A stretch of 64,000 nt of DNA from Mobula hypostoma (Eukaryota). The notes below the pieces were generated by a model. That model saw only the letters and a program-made list of their open reading frames with translations, made no database searches and was not told the origin of the DNA. This document shows positions 11,103 to 23,859 of this stretch, in pieces. Each line of letters begins with the position of its first letter. Positions within the stretch are counted from its first letter, which is position 1. Location of the stretch: positions 90,584,001-90,648,000 of the forward strand of contig NC_086108.1 in assembly GCF_963921235.1 (NCBI RefSeq), in the 5' to 3' direction. Made by a program: the position numbers and the translations under genes.

Positions 11103-12045
11103 TATCTCTTGATTCCCTTAATCTCCAGAAATCTAACAGTTTTTGTTTTGAATGAATTCAATATCTGAACTTCCACAGCACTCTAGGGTCCAGAATTCCA
11201 AATGTTCCCCACCCTCTGCATGAAGAAATTTCCTCTCATCTCATTCCTAAATAGCTTTCTTGTTCTGACACTTGGTATGGAAGTTGTCCTGTCCAAGACT
11301 GAAAGAAACTGCAGAAGATCATGAACATGGCGCAGCACATCACACAAACCAATCTTCCATCCTTGGACTCACTTTACACCGCACGCTGTTGGAGCAGTGC
11401 TGCCAGGATAATCAAGGACACGACCCACTCAGCCAACACACTTTTCGTCCCCCGTCCCTCTTCCCTCCGGGAGAAGGCTCAGGAGCTGGAAGACTCGTAT
11501 GGCCAGATTTGGGAACAGCTTCTTTCCATCTGTGATAAGACAGCTGAACGGATCCTGACCGGGATCTGGGCCGTACCCTCCAAATATCCGGACCTGCCTC
11601 TCGGTTTTTTTGCACTACTTTACTTTCCATTTTTCTATTTTCTATTTATGATTTATAATTTAAATTTTTAATATTTACTATTGTTTTGTAATCCAGGGAG
11701 CAGGAAGCGCAGAATCAAATATCTCTGTAATAATTGTATGTTCTAGTATCAATTGTTTGGCAACAATAAAGTATAAAATATAAAGTATCCCTGGTTTTAG
11801 ACACCTTAGCCAGAGGAAATATCCTCAATGCATCGAGTACTATAAGAATTTTGTAGATTTCATTGAGATCTTCTCTCGTTCTTTGCAACTCTAGAGAAAA
11901 TGTAGCTCTAGTCTACCATCTTTCCTCAAAATTCGAGCCTGTTAAAGCTTCCCGTATTCCCTATGTAGCAAATGTATTTTTTTTTCTGAAAATTAGATCA
12001 AATTATAATCATAATATTCCATGTGGTGGTTTGCCCTTCCCTTAG
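11103..12045 (-). mobile_element. CR1 LINE 3' fragment interrupted by Rex1
   Basis: CCACCCTCTGCATGAAGAAATTTCCTCTCATCTC is the reverse complement of the CR1 C-terminal region (MRGNFFMQRV). It resumes at about 11785. Confidence 0.65.
11272..11785 (+). mobile_element. Rex1/Babar-type LINE 3' end
   Basis: Peptide NMAQHITQTNLPSLDSLYTARCWSSAARIIKDTTHSANTLF; 3' tail AATAAAGTATAAA. Confidence 0.75.
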
Positions 12046-12109
12046 GAGATAGGCATGGTAACCCCTCTGTTAGGATTCCATCAACAGCTTGTCGTTGTGG
12101 CCCAACAGT

Positions 12110-13605
12110 CATGGGTGGCAAGGGTACTATTCAGAAGAGATGCTGAGGCTTTATAAGGCATTGGTCAGACTGCACTTAAGGGTATTGTGAGCATTTTTGG
12201 GTCCCTTATAGAAACATAGAAAATAGGTGCAGGAGTAGGCCATTCGGCCCTTCGAGCCTGCACCGCCATTCAGTATGATTATGGCTGATCATCCAACTCA
12301 GAACCCTGTACCAGCCTTCCCTCCATACCCCCTGATCCCTTTAGCCACAAGGGCCATTATGTACTGGCATTGAAAAGAGTCCGGAGGAGGTTCATGAGAA
12401 TTATCCCAGGAATTAAAGAGTTAGTATATTAGATTATGAGGACACTCAGTCCTTGTTTATTGTCATTTAGAAATGCATGCATGCATTAAGAAATGATATA
12501 ATGTTCCTCCGGAGTGATATCACAAAAAAAACAAGATAAACCAAAGACTAACACTGACAAGACCACATATTTATAACATATAGTTACAGCAGTGCAAAGC
12601 AATACCATAATTTGATAAAAAGCAGACTGTGGGAATGGTAAAAAAAAAATTCTCAAAGTTCCGATTGACACCCGATAGTCCCCGATAGCCCCCGATAGCA
12701 GGTGGCAGAAGGAGAAACTCTCTCTGCCATAAACCTCCAGGCACCGACAACTGTCGATGCGCTGGAAGCACCCGACCACAGCTGACTCTGTGTCCGTCCA
12801 AAAACTTCGAGCCTCCGACCAGCCCTTTGACACCAAGCACCGAGCACCATCTCTGCTGAGTGCTTCGACCCTGTCCCGGCTGCCGAGCAACAAGCAAAGC
12901 CAAGGATTCGGGGCCTTCCCCTTCGGAGATTCTGGATCTCACAGTAACAGCAGCAGCAAAAAAGGCATTTCAGCAGTCCCTCCAGATGTTCCTCAGTTCT
13001 CTCACGTCTGTCTCCATCAAATCAGGATTGTGCACGGCACCCTACTTGACAGATAACAGATATCATTCACTGGAGTGGCCGCGCAAGCTGTGTCGCGCCT
13101 CCATCTTCTCCTCCTCCTATGAGGAGCATTTGACAGCTCTGAGCCTGTACTCACTGCAGTTGAGAAAAATGAGGTGGTGGGGATGGAAATTAATTAAAAC
13201 CTATTGAATATTGAAAGGCTGAGATAGAGTGGGCATGGAGAGGATGTTTCCTACTCCAGGAGTTCCCAATCTTTTTAAGACCATGGAGTGTTACCAGGTT
13301 GGGAGAGTTTAGGACCAGAAGGCACAGCCTCAGAATAGAAGGATGCCCCCTTAGAGCAGATATGGGGAAGAATTTCTTTAGTCAGAGAGTGGTGACTGTG
13401 TGAAATACAATTCCACTGTCAACTGTGGAAATCAAGTCATTGGGTATATTTAAAGTGGAGGTTGATATGTTCTTGATTAATTGGGGTGTCAAATGGGAGA
13501 AGGCAGGAGAATGGGATTGGGAGGGATAATAAATCAGCTATGATGGAATGGCAGAGCAAACTCGATGGACCAAATAGCCTAATTCTGTTCCTATGTCATA
13601 AGGTC
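12110..13605 (+). mobile_element. CR1 LINE 3' portion with two nested insertions
   Basis: MLRLYKALVRLHL...YEEHLTALSLYSL...GHSLRIEG...NFFSQRVV and the CR1 3' UTR. Interrupted at about 12209-12357 (inverted CR1 tail) and 12430-13117. Confidence 0.75.
12430..13117 (-). mobile_element. Non-autonomous retroposon (AAGATGG head, CTAAT-type tail), copy 1
   Basis: Reverse-complement homologue of 28562-29220 over its full length. Confidence 0.75.
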
Positions 13606-14289
13606 TAAGAGGTCCGAGATACAAAGAGCACATTACTTGCTTTTCCACTGGCAGAGTCTGGTACGTCAGCACTGGGAAGGTTGAGTTGAGCAGGAAAGCC
13701 ACTGGGTGCATCAGAAAATGTGTGATAGAGAAGCTAGTGGTAGGCGGGACTGCAACTCATATATCGGTATGTTAGGATTGCTTAAGGCATATCAGTGGAG
13801 AGATATAATGCACAAACTATTAGCTGGGAAGAAAATTATGCAGCTGTGGTTTAAAGTGCTACAGACAACTTATTGGGAAGTATCACAATAGACATGACTT
13901 CCTCAGAACCTCAAACCTTCACCAGACTGTTCTGAAGTAGACATGTTTGGGAGCAAAGGTGGTTTAGACTAAACAAAAACTAAACCTAACACTGTAACAG
14001 GGTAACAAAGGAGCTTGGCATCTAACACTTGTTCTTAATGGCTGCTGATGCAGAGACAGTGCTGTAAAAGATGGATGTAAAGCATATTGTCCTCTGCCCC
14101 ACTGTGTGAGACTATTATAACATACTTGCAAGGTAAGTAGACCCAGATTTTAAGACAGTGTTGACAGCAATTTTGTCCCTTTTTATATTCTACTTACAGG
14201 TGACCTTACAGATGAAGGTTCAGCTGTGCATCTGTCTTACTAATCATCCGTAGCCTAAAACAGAGCTCCCTGCTGTTTTTACTCAATGG

Positions 14290-14832
14290 GTATGCCACAG
14301 ACTGCAGAAGTGGTTGGTGGTATTTTGGCAGGTGTGAGTCTACAACGCCATCTACAACGAGCGCTGCCACAAAGAAGCAGCATCTATTATCGAGGACCTC
14401 TACCACTGAAGACATGCTTTCTTGTCATTGCTGACATTGGGAAGGAGGTACAGGAGCTGTAGGTCACACACCATCAGGTTCATGTACTGGTAATAACCTT
14501 AAACCTTCAGTCTCCTGAAGCAGCATGGAAAACCTCACTCACATTGACACTGAACTAATTCCATAACCTGTGGACTCACTTTCATGGACTCTACAACTCA
14601 TGTCCTCAATTCCATTTATTTGTGTGTGTTTATTCATTCACTCATCTATCTATCTATTATTTGATTTTTTTTGTATGTTTGTATTCTATTGTGCATTGGT
14701 TGTGCAGTGTTAGGGTGTAATTTTACATTGATTCTATTGTTTTACTGTGAATTTCTGAAAGAAAATGAATCTCAGGCTGGTATATAGTTTCATATGTACT
14801 TTGGTAATAAATTTGCTTTGAACTTTGAACTT
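14290..14832 (+). mobile_element. Rex1/Babar-type LINE 3' end
   Basis: GCAGCATCTATTATCGAGGAC...GGAAGGAGGTACAGGAGC; tail AATAAATTTGCTTTGAACTTTGAACTT. Confidence 0.65.
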
Positions 14833-14884
14833 GCGATTGTGCAGAAATTCCAGGAACATTAGAAGCATCTGACTTGTGCCATAC

Positions 14885-15225
14885 ATAAGGCTAGCACAGT
14901 TCTGCAGCTGGAAGTGGCACTACCTCATAGTTCCAGTGACTGGGTTTAAGCCTGATATCTGGTGCTCTCTCTCTCTTGCGTTTGCACCTTTTCCCTGTGA
15001 CTCCATGTGGTTCCTCCCGGTGCTTCAGTTTCTTTCCGTATCCCAAAGGCAGGCAGGTGCCAAGTTAATTGGCCGCTGCACATTGTCCCTCGTGTGCAGG
15101 CGTGTGGTTGGGATGGGGAGACGATGGGAATATGGGGAGAATACGTTTTTGAAAAAATTATGGGAAAAGGGGTTTGCTCTGTCTGCTGGTAAGGAATGAA
15201 TGAACTGAATTGACTTCCTTCTGTG
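14885..15225 (+). mobile_element. V-SINE, decayed
   Basis: V domain TTTGCACCTTTTCCCTGTGACTCCATGTGGTTCCTCCCGGTGCTTCAGTTTC. Confidence 0.65.
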
Positions 15226-16990
15226 TGGTAAGGAAACGAGGAACACATATGCCATTGCATAATTTGCTAGGACTCGTGCTGCTCCACAGAGATTCTTGCC
15301 AAAAGAATTGAACAGCTAATTATAATAACTCTGTGCCCCTGTTAATTAATGGCAAGATTAAGTTTGATTAATTATTATTACTATGATTGTCACAGCCGTT
15401 TAAACCATCACAGAATGGCTCTGGAGGGGTGTGAGTCACTCAAACCACTTTGCCAGTTGCTTGAAAGAAGGAGTTGTTCTAGAACTCAACTGAAATTATA
15501 AACTTCATTGTAATACTGACAACGGTGACCTTGCTTCGAAAGTGTTTATCCACTGCACTTGTACTGCAGATTTCAAGCATTCTGAGAAAGTTAGGGTTGT
15601 ATCTGTCTGTATAGAAGCAGCTAGCTCGTTATAGTGAGCAAATCATATTAAAACAAAACTGCCTGGTTTTGAATTATGAGAATTATAATGGTATGTACTC
15701 AATATAAATTAGTACAGAATATATGATTTTAAAATGGATATGTGTAATATCTGTGCACTTCAATCCAGTTATTCTATCGCTGCTTCAACTTAACCTTGAT
15801 CCATGTCGCACCATAGAAGCCATCTAACAATACTGACAAAAAAGAACCCTCTTCCATCACAGTGCTTATTTTTGTGAAGTGAAATACTAAAGCGTCATCA
15901 GCTCATTGCTTTTGTTAAAAGTGTATTTAAATTTTCAGCAATTTGATTTGCCAGGGTCAATACCACAGCAATGATTTCTGACAACTTTTCATCCAGTATT
16001 GCAGTCTAGAGAACTACCAAAAATACAATGCATTTGCAACGGAATTTTCAAAATGTTCCATAGAAGAACTCATGCGGTGAGCATAAAATGTTGGTCTTTA
16101 TTTCTTAAAAGAAAGCAAGATGCCGGGTTACCAGGGGATTTAGGCTACATGTGCAGAGTATACTGAGTACTCCTTCATGTACTGCCTCAAGTAAGACATT
16201 ACAATTCCTGAGTCCTCTTACGACTTTCCTGACTACTGTCTTACCTACAGTGCATGCCCTCCTGCTAGCTGAGTCTGGAGTCAAAGGCAAACAACAATGA
16301 CCTGTGTGCAATTCAAACTGCTGGAAGAATTTGTCACCATGACAACATTCACAGCTGTCACAAGTCCCTGGAGAACCTAACCCAGAAGTCACATGAACAG
16401 TAGTATTCCACCAGATGTCTCCATTTAAGATTTTTTTAAAGGTTGCAGGCCTTACCCTCTGTGGTAGTTTGTGCAGAACTCTTTAATCTTTTTAACCGAA
16501 GATCTGGTTACTGTCTGTACTATTCTCTCTCCCCGTTCTAGCCAGAAGTTGGCTTTTGTTTAATTCTGACAAAGATGTCATTCGCATAGTAGTAACTTCT
16601 CTGACTGATTGAAGACAAAAAGCCTAGACTGCCATGTACTAAACAGTATTAAGAATAATTATAGCTATGATCCACTTAGAAAACTCACTGAGAAGGTAGA
16701 ATTTATTAAATGGAAACTCAGCTAGACCAAAACAACAGTCAGGTTTCTTTTAAAGAGAATGAAAAAAATTGAATTAATTATTGACATTTAAAATTATTAA
16801 ATTTATTATAGTATATTTTTAAAACTTTAATTCTTATTAATATTAGCAATTGCACTGTTTATTCATTATATTTGTCATTTAATTTTTAATGATTGTTTAA
16901 AATGTAAATTTGTTCAAAATTATTATCTTAATAAATCATTTCAAAATTTATGTACATTTGTAGGCCTGGTTTCTTAAGAATGACACAGCT

Positions 16991-17545
16991 GGGGGAGTAG
17001 TGCTGAAATGCTCCCACTACCTATTAAATGTTCCAAATGGTGTGAATCTCAAATAGTCTCTGACAACCAAATCCAGCTCCTGACCTTCACGTGTGGCTTA
17101 GCTACTAAGGCGGTGGAACCATTTCTACCGACAGGAGAAGGGGCTCCTCAGCTGTGGTTGGCAGCTCATCTAGGAGAAGGAAAACTCTGATCTCAACCCT
17201 CCGCTGCCTTGCAGCTGTACCCACTCATGAGGAAGGTTTCAGGGATAACTCACGAGGAAGGTTTCAGGGGTAAATCACGAGGATAAATCTGGAGCTATGG
17301 TCACTTAGGCAATCCTAAATTGAGTTCAACACCGGCTGGCAACTCCTGCGATGCCGCTGGTGCCAAAATATATCAGGCTCTGCTGTTCTGTTGGAGTCAG
17401 CAGGTGCATGGAGAGGGAGTATAATATGGAGAGGAGTATGCAGCTTGCTCTCCATATTATACTGCCCTGGCTTGTGTGTTGTCGTGTGTATCACTTAGGC
17501 AGTTAGGATGCAATATCCATATTTGACCCCAACTAACGGTGAGCC
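16991..17545 (+). mobile_element. Non-autonomous RTE-type LINE derivative (5' UTR-like)
   Basis: CTAGGAGAAGGAAAACTCTGA (17170-17190), a motif I recall from RTE-clade 5' regions. No ORF; related to 101-543. Confidence 0.6.
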
Positions 17546-17844
17546 CCATGGTATCAGCATATAAAGAGGATAAACATTACTGTCCTAGTTTATTGCAAGC
17601 CACTTAAAATGTCCATTCTAGTGTGAAGAAAATGCATATTTGTGTTAACATTGGAAAGGGTTTGGCCCTGAATTTGCAGGCAGTAGTAAAGGCACAATGG
17701 TTACCATTGAGTTGCCACATAATTTTCCTAAAAGCTGAGTGGACTTGCGTGTGTGGACTGTGAGCACTTTCAATGAGCAAATTCAGTTTTCAGCATTTAT
17801 AAGTGTATTTATGAGATTGGGTTTAGCCGGGGGGGGGGGCGGGG

Positions 17845-18022
17845 GAGCGGGTAGGATACCAATGTAGTATAGCAGTTAGCATGACAGATTTCAGAGTTCA
17901 ATTCCGGCACCATCTGCAAGGAATTTTTACATTCTCCCTATGACTGCATGGATTTCTTCCGGGTGCACGAGGTTCCTCCTGTATTCCAAAGCCGTTATGG
18001 CTGTGGGAGGAACCATTAGGCT
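17845..18022 (+). mobile_element. V-SINE 5' part (tail resumes at about 19290-19345)
   Basis: B box GAGTTCAATTCC and V domain TTTACATTCTCCCTATGACTGCATGGATTTCTTCCGGGTGC. Confidence 0.65.
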
Positions 18023-19270
18023 GTAAGACCATAAGCCATAGGAGCAGAATTAGGCCATTCAGCCCATCTGATCCACTCTGCCAATTCATCATGGCTGATC
18101 CCAGATCCCATTCAACCCCATATACCATCCCTCTCACCTTATACCTTGATACCCTGACCAATCAGGAATCTATCAACTTCTACTTTAAACATACCCATAG
18201 ACTTGGCCTCCACCATTGTCTGTGGTATAGCTTTCCACAAATTCACCACTCTTTGGCTAAAAAAAAAATCCTCCTTCCTTCTGATCTAAAAGGTCACCCC
18301 TCTATTTTAAGGCTGTGCCCTCTAGTTTTGGATACCCTACCTGAAGGACCATTCTCTTCACATTCACTCTGTCTGGTCCTTTCAACTTCTGGTAGGTTTG
18401 AATGAGATCCTCCCACATTCTTCTAAATCCCAGTGAGTACAGGCCCAAAGCTGCCAAATGCTCCTCATATGTTAACCCCTTCATTCCTGGAATCATTCTC
18501 GTGAGCCTCCTTTGGACCCTCTCCAATGACAACACATCCTTTCTGAGATAAGGGGGCCAAAACTGTTCACAATACTCTAAGTGTGGCCTGATTATAAAGC
18601 CCTGGCATTACCTCCTTGTTTTTATATCCTACTCCCATTTAAATAAATGGCAACAGTGCATTTACCTTCTTTACCACAGACTCAACCTGTAAATTAACCT
18701 TCAGGGAGTCTTGCAAGACGATTCCTAAGTCCCTCTGCACCTCTGATGTTTGAACCATCTCCCCATTTAGATAATAGTCTGCACTTTTGTTCCTGTTACC
18801 AAGATGCATTGTCGTACATTTCCTAACACAGTATTCCATTTGCCACTTTTTTGCCCGTTCTCCCAATTTGCCTATGTCGAGCTCCAATCGCATTGTTTCC
18901 TCAGCACTACCTACCACTCCACCTATCTTCAAATCACCTGCAAACTTTGCCACAAAGCCATCAATTTCACTTTCTAAATTATTGATAAACAATGTAAAAA
19001 GCAGCAGTTCCAGTGCTTACCCCTGAGGAACATCACTAGCCACTGGGAGCCAACCAGAAAAGGCCCCTTTTATTCTCACTCGCTGCCTCCTGCCTGTCCT
19101 CCATTCCTCTATCCATGCCAGTGTCTTTCCTGTAATGCCATCGGGTTTCATCTTGTTAAGCAGCCTCATGTGAGGCACTTTATCAAATGCCTTCTGAAAA
19201 TCTAAGTAACTGACATCCTCTGCCTCTCCTTTGTCCACCCTGCTTATTATTTCCTCAAAGAATCCTAACA
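18023..19270 (-). mobile_element. CR1 LINE, 5'-truncated (RT domain and 3' end)
   Basis: YLDFQKAFDKVPH, SDVPQG, FINNLE...AKFAGDLK, LERVQRRLTRMIPG; 3' (TCTTATGG)-like tail. Confidence 0.9.
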
Positions 19271-19347
19271 GTTTTTTTTTCTAGTATTAAATAGGTGGGT
19301 TGCTGAGCAGTGTGTCTCGTTGGGCCGGAAGGCTGTTCTGGGATGTA

Positions 19348-20353
19348 TAATGGCATGCAAAAGTTTGGGCACCCCGGTCAAAATTTCTGTTATCGTGAAT
19401 AGCTAAGCCAGTAAAAGATGAACTGATTTCCAAAAGGCATAAAGTTAAAGATGACACATTTCTTTAATATTTTAAGCAAGAAAAATTCTTTATTTCCATC
19501 TTTTACAGTGTCAAAATAACAAAAAAGGAAAAGGGCCAGAAGCAACAGGACTTGTTACCAAAATGCATTGGGCTTGTTTAGATGTTCCTTTGAAACTTTT
19601 GAATAGAACTTTTTGGCTGCAATGAGCAAAGGTATGTTTAGAGAAAAAAAGGTGCAGAATTTCATGAAAAGAACACCTCTCCAACTGTTATGCACAGGGG
19701 TGGATCGATCATGCTTTGGGCTTGTATTGCAGCAGGGAACATTTACTGGTAGAGGGAAGAATGAATTCAATTGAATACCAGCAAATTCTGGAAGCAGACA
19801 TCACACCGTCTGTAAAAAAGCCAAAGATGAAAAGAGGATGGCTTCTACAACAGGATAATGAACCTAAACATACCTCAAAATCCACAATGGACTACCTCAA
19901 GAGGTGCAAGCTGAAGGTTTTGCCATGGCCCTCACAGTCCCCTGACCTAAACATCATTGAGAATCTGTGGATAGACCTCAAAAGAGCAGTGCATGCAAGA
20001 CAGCCCAAGAATCTCACAGAACTAGAAGCCTTTGCAAGGAAGAATGGGTGAAATCCCCCAAACAAGAATTGAAAAACTCTTAGCTGGCTACAAAAAGCGT
20101 TTATAAGCTGTGATACTTGCCAACGGGGGTGTTACTAAGTACTGCCATGCAGGGTGCCCAAACTTTTGCTTTGGGCCCTTTTCCTTTTTTGTTATTTTGA
20201 AACTGTAAAAGATGGAAATAAAAAAGTTTTTTTGCTTAAAATATAAAAGAAATGTGTCATCTTTAACTTTATGCCTTTTGGAAATCAGTTAATCTTTTAC
20301 TGGCTTAGCTATTCACAGTAACAGAAATTTTGACCGGGGTGCTTATGCCACTG
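19348..20353 (+). mobile_element. Tc1 transposon with internal deletion (same family as 59481-60959)
   Basis: TGGCATGCAAAAGTTTGGGCACCCC TIR, TA flanks, peptide QQDNEPKHTSK...WPSQSPDLNIIENLW. Confidence 0.9.
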
Positions 20354-20867
20354 TATCTCTAAAAAATTAAATAATTCACTATTAAATATTATTCCCTGTA
20401 GGAAGATGGTGGTGAACCTTTTTGATTATTTCATTGCATGTGGCAGAGGTATTTCTATAGTGCAGATAAATAGAGAATTCCAGGATTTTGACCCAGTGCC
20501 TAAAAGTTGTGGGGATAAATTTGAAAGTTCGCAGCAGTTCTTTGGATGGTATCTTCTCCTGAAAAGCGAGCAGATCCATTCATATCTACCATCTTTTAAA
20601 ATGGCAGTTATTTGGGTCTCATGGACACATGCTTATTGTCCAGCTAAATGGTACACCTCTATAAAGACAGAGTTTCCCAGATTTCCCATCAGTTGGATTG
20701 GAGAATCTGTCAGCGGAGCACTTGTGAGGAAAGTCCAGGTGCAATTCTTACTGACTGTTGAAAGCAATGGGGGAAAGCAAAAGAAAAGAGAATTGGCAAG
20801 AACAAGTTAATTCCAATTTTATTTCATTATATTGAGTTGTTGTGTATTATGTTGAAGTAGAGTTTTA

Positions 20868-21070
20868 GTCATAGGGCCATAGAGCACCACAGTGCAGAGA
20901 CAGGGCCTTTGGCCTACCTAGCCCATACCAAACAATTGTTCTGCCAAGTGCCATTGACGTACATTTGGACCGTAGCCCTCCATACTGCTCCCATCCATGG
21001 CCCTATCCAAACTTCCCTTCAGTGTTGAAATCGAGCCCGCATCGCTCATTCCACATTCTCACCACCCTTG
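20868..21070 (-). mobile_element. CR1 3' tail fragment
   Basis: CACAGTGCAGAGACAGGGCCTTTGGCC...TTCCACATTCTCACCACCCT. Confidence 0.6.
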
Positions 21071-22729
21071 GTGTCCTAAGTTATTTTATACAATGGTACC
21101 TTATTTTTAAATAGTGCTGGGTGGTTCTGAATTCTGAAGATATTCAGAAACATTTAATTTTAGCAACAGCTTTGGCAGCCGGTGAGCCTGGGGCAGGGAA
21201 TCACTGGCAGTTAGAGACATTCTGGGGAGTAAGGCACGTCAGTGGCACTCATGGTTTTACCATCTCCTGGGTCTCTGATCGCTGGTTCCTTGGGGAAGAG
21301 AGCATACTGCAGGAAAAGAGTGTTCTCCAAGGCGGGCAGCTGGTGCAGTCAGGCGTCTTGCCGACCTTCCCCAGTTGATCTTTGCATCAACAAAACCCGC
21401 AACAGAGCAGCCTATGGAGGAAAGTGGTCTTTCTGCTAGTGTTTAACTGCACGCAGCCAGACACCAGAAGTTGCTGTCAGCTTTACACCATAACGATGAC
21501 GAGCACTGACAGTTACGCTCGCATTACAGCTGTAAATGCTGCGCCAGTGTTTCCTGCTTTACGCTGAGAGAAGATTTCCTCTTCTCTTTCCTCCTGACTT
21601 TGAATGGACTTGAAAGCAGCAAATAAGGTAGAGAGCTGTTGGAACTATGAGCTGCATTGTAATAAGGCACAAATGACAAATATGTCCCATTTGTCCAGTG
21701 TTGCTAAGGGGCTGCCGGACAAAATGTAATTTTAAAAGGCTGTGTTGCCTAGTCAAAACAATTGCAGTGATTGACTGCACTTGCCAGTGCAGGGGATTTT
21801 TTAAATTTAATTTACTTCTGTCAATGGCAGCAATCACACTACAATGCAGCAAGCATGTGGCCATATTTTGTCTTTGCATATGGTTAAAAGGTAAATTAGC
21901 CAAATGGGGTCACACTGTTGGCCTATTTATATAGAAATTCTCTTGTGGCATTACTCATGGAAAGTCAGAGGATGTACCGTTTTCAGAGGACAGGAACAGT
22001 ATGCCATGTAAAATTGATGCAATGTTAGTTTGTGTAATTACTCTGTACAGTGTATGGGGAAAAGGACTAAGTGGTTAAGTCTTGAGCGGAACTACTGTAG
22101 TATAATAGAATGAATGACCTACTGATAAAATGCTGGAAATAAATTAGAAGTTATATGTTTGCTTATGCACTTCCTATTTGTGAATAATATTTTATAATAC
22201 AGTAATATCTACGCTTACTGTTTTTTTCTTTATTTGCAACTGCACTGATTTTTATTAAAAAGATCAACAAAAGTTCTTGCAGCCTCTTGCCACTACCCAG
22301 TAATAAATGATTCATGAACACAATGTCAAACACCAATCAGACTGCAGTACATTCTGTTACTCGTTCTCACATAGGAGCCCCATTGTACAGCTTTATCTAA
22401 TCTGACAGTGTTAACCCACAAACGGTTCCTGGATATTTTATTTGGAGGGCTCGTCATTACCAGTCAAAATAATACTTAATATCCTGCTCAAGGTGTAGGC
22501 TGTGTTAGTGGGGAGAAAAAAGCACACATCATGCATGACTCAGTCAGGTACACGAGTAACGCTGTACAGACCAGAAATTCGTATGTGCTTGGAGGAGTTG
22601 TACCAACATTGTGGGGATCCACAAAGAGCAAGTCTTTATTGGCACTTGACGATTATTGGATGCTGTGCCAGTGGGATCACTGTGCCTCACCAGATCCCAG
22701 TGGTGAGTGTAATTTAAATTTCTTATTGA

Positions 22730-23075
22730 CATGGTAACGAGAAAGACTGCTGCCCTTCAGCTCCAGTGACCTGGGTTCAATCCTGGCCTCGGGTGCTTTC
22801 TTCGTGGAGTTTGCGATTTTCCTTTTGACCAAGTGAGCTTCTCGTGGGTGAGCTGGTTTCCTCCTACACCACAAGGATGTGCTGATGGTAGGCTAAATGA
22901 CTAGTGTAAGTATCCCCGAGGATATGAGGAGAATCGGATGATGGGAGATGATGAGCTCATGATGGATACTGCAACTTTTTGCTTTCTATATTCAAGGAAT
23001 TAGGGATCCTCTTAAGGAAGGTGGAATTGCTCTGAGTGCCTGGATAGGCTCAATAGGCCAAATAGTTTCTCTGCT
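22730..23075 (+). mobile_element. V-SINE
   Basis: B box GGTTCAATCC and V domain GTGGAGTTTGCGATTTTCC...GGTTTCCTCCTACA. Confidence 0.7.
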
Positions 23076-23118
23076 GTAAGGGAACATGAAAACATGCCAC
23101 ATCATAAGCATTAGCTAC

Positions 23119-23401
23119 ATTATTTATTTATTTATTGAGATATAGCGCAAAATAGGCCCTTCTGGCCCTTTAAGCCGTGCTGTCCAGCAACCCCTGATTT
23201 AACCCTGAGCCTGATTTACAATGGCCAATTAATCTACCAACCGGTACGTCTTTGGATTCTGGGAGGAAACTGGAGCACCGGGAGGAAACCCACATAGTTA
23301 CGGAAAGAATGTACAAACTTTTTAGAGGCAGCGGCAGGAATTGAACCTGGGTCACCTGTACTGTAAAGATTTGTGGCAACCACTAAGCTACCACGCCACC
23401 C
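23119..23401 (-). mobile_element. V-SINE
   Basis: Minus strand GGGTGGCGTGGTAGCTTAGTGG...GGTTCAATTCC...GGGTTTCCTCCCGGTGCTCCAGTTTCCTCCCAG; (TAAA)n tail. Confidence 0.8.
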
Positions 23402-23544
23402 CTGCTAGAATACTATAGCAGTATTATTACTGCTCCAGTGGTCAACCAACGTTCACCTCTGGTTTTACCTACTGTATAACTGCAAAAACTTATTTATGAG
23501 GCCTGCATGGCAGATTAACTGACCATCCTCAACTTTTTTTTTGC

Positions 23545-23612
23545 TTATTTATTTATCTATCTACCTCTCTATCTATTTATTTATCTATCTATCTATTTAT
23601 TTATTCATTCAT
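23545..23612. repeat. (TCTA/TTTA)n microsatellite
   Basis: Direct reading. Confidence 0.85.
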
Positions 23613-23859
23613 ATAGGCATGCATGCCACTGGTAGCACCAGCATTTTCTGTCCCTCCCAATTAGCCCCTGTACCGTGGAAGCAGATAAGAACTACCCACA
23701 TTGCTGTGTCTGCAGTCACCTGTTGGCCAGGATAAGGATGGCCGATTTCTCTCCATGAAGGACATCAGTGAACACTGAGGTTTCTCCCAGAATTTCAGTC
23801 ATTTTAGAGTTAGTGATATCAAGGAAAAAAAAACCCGTAATTCCAAATTTCAATATTTC

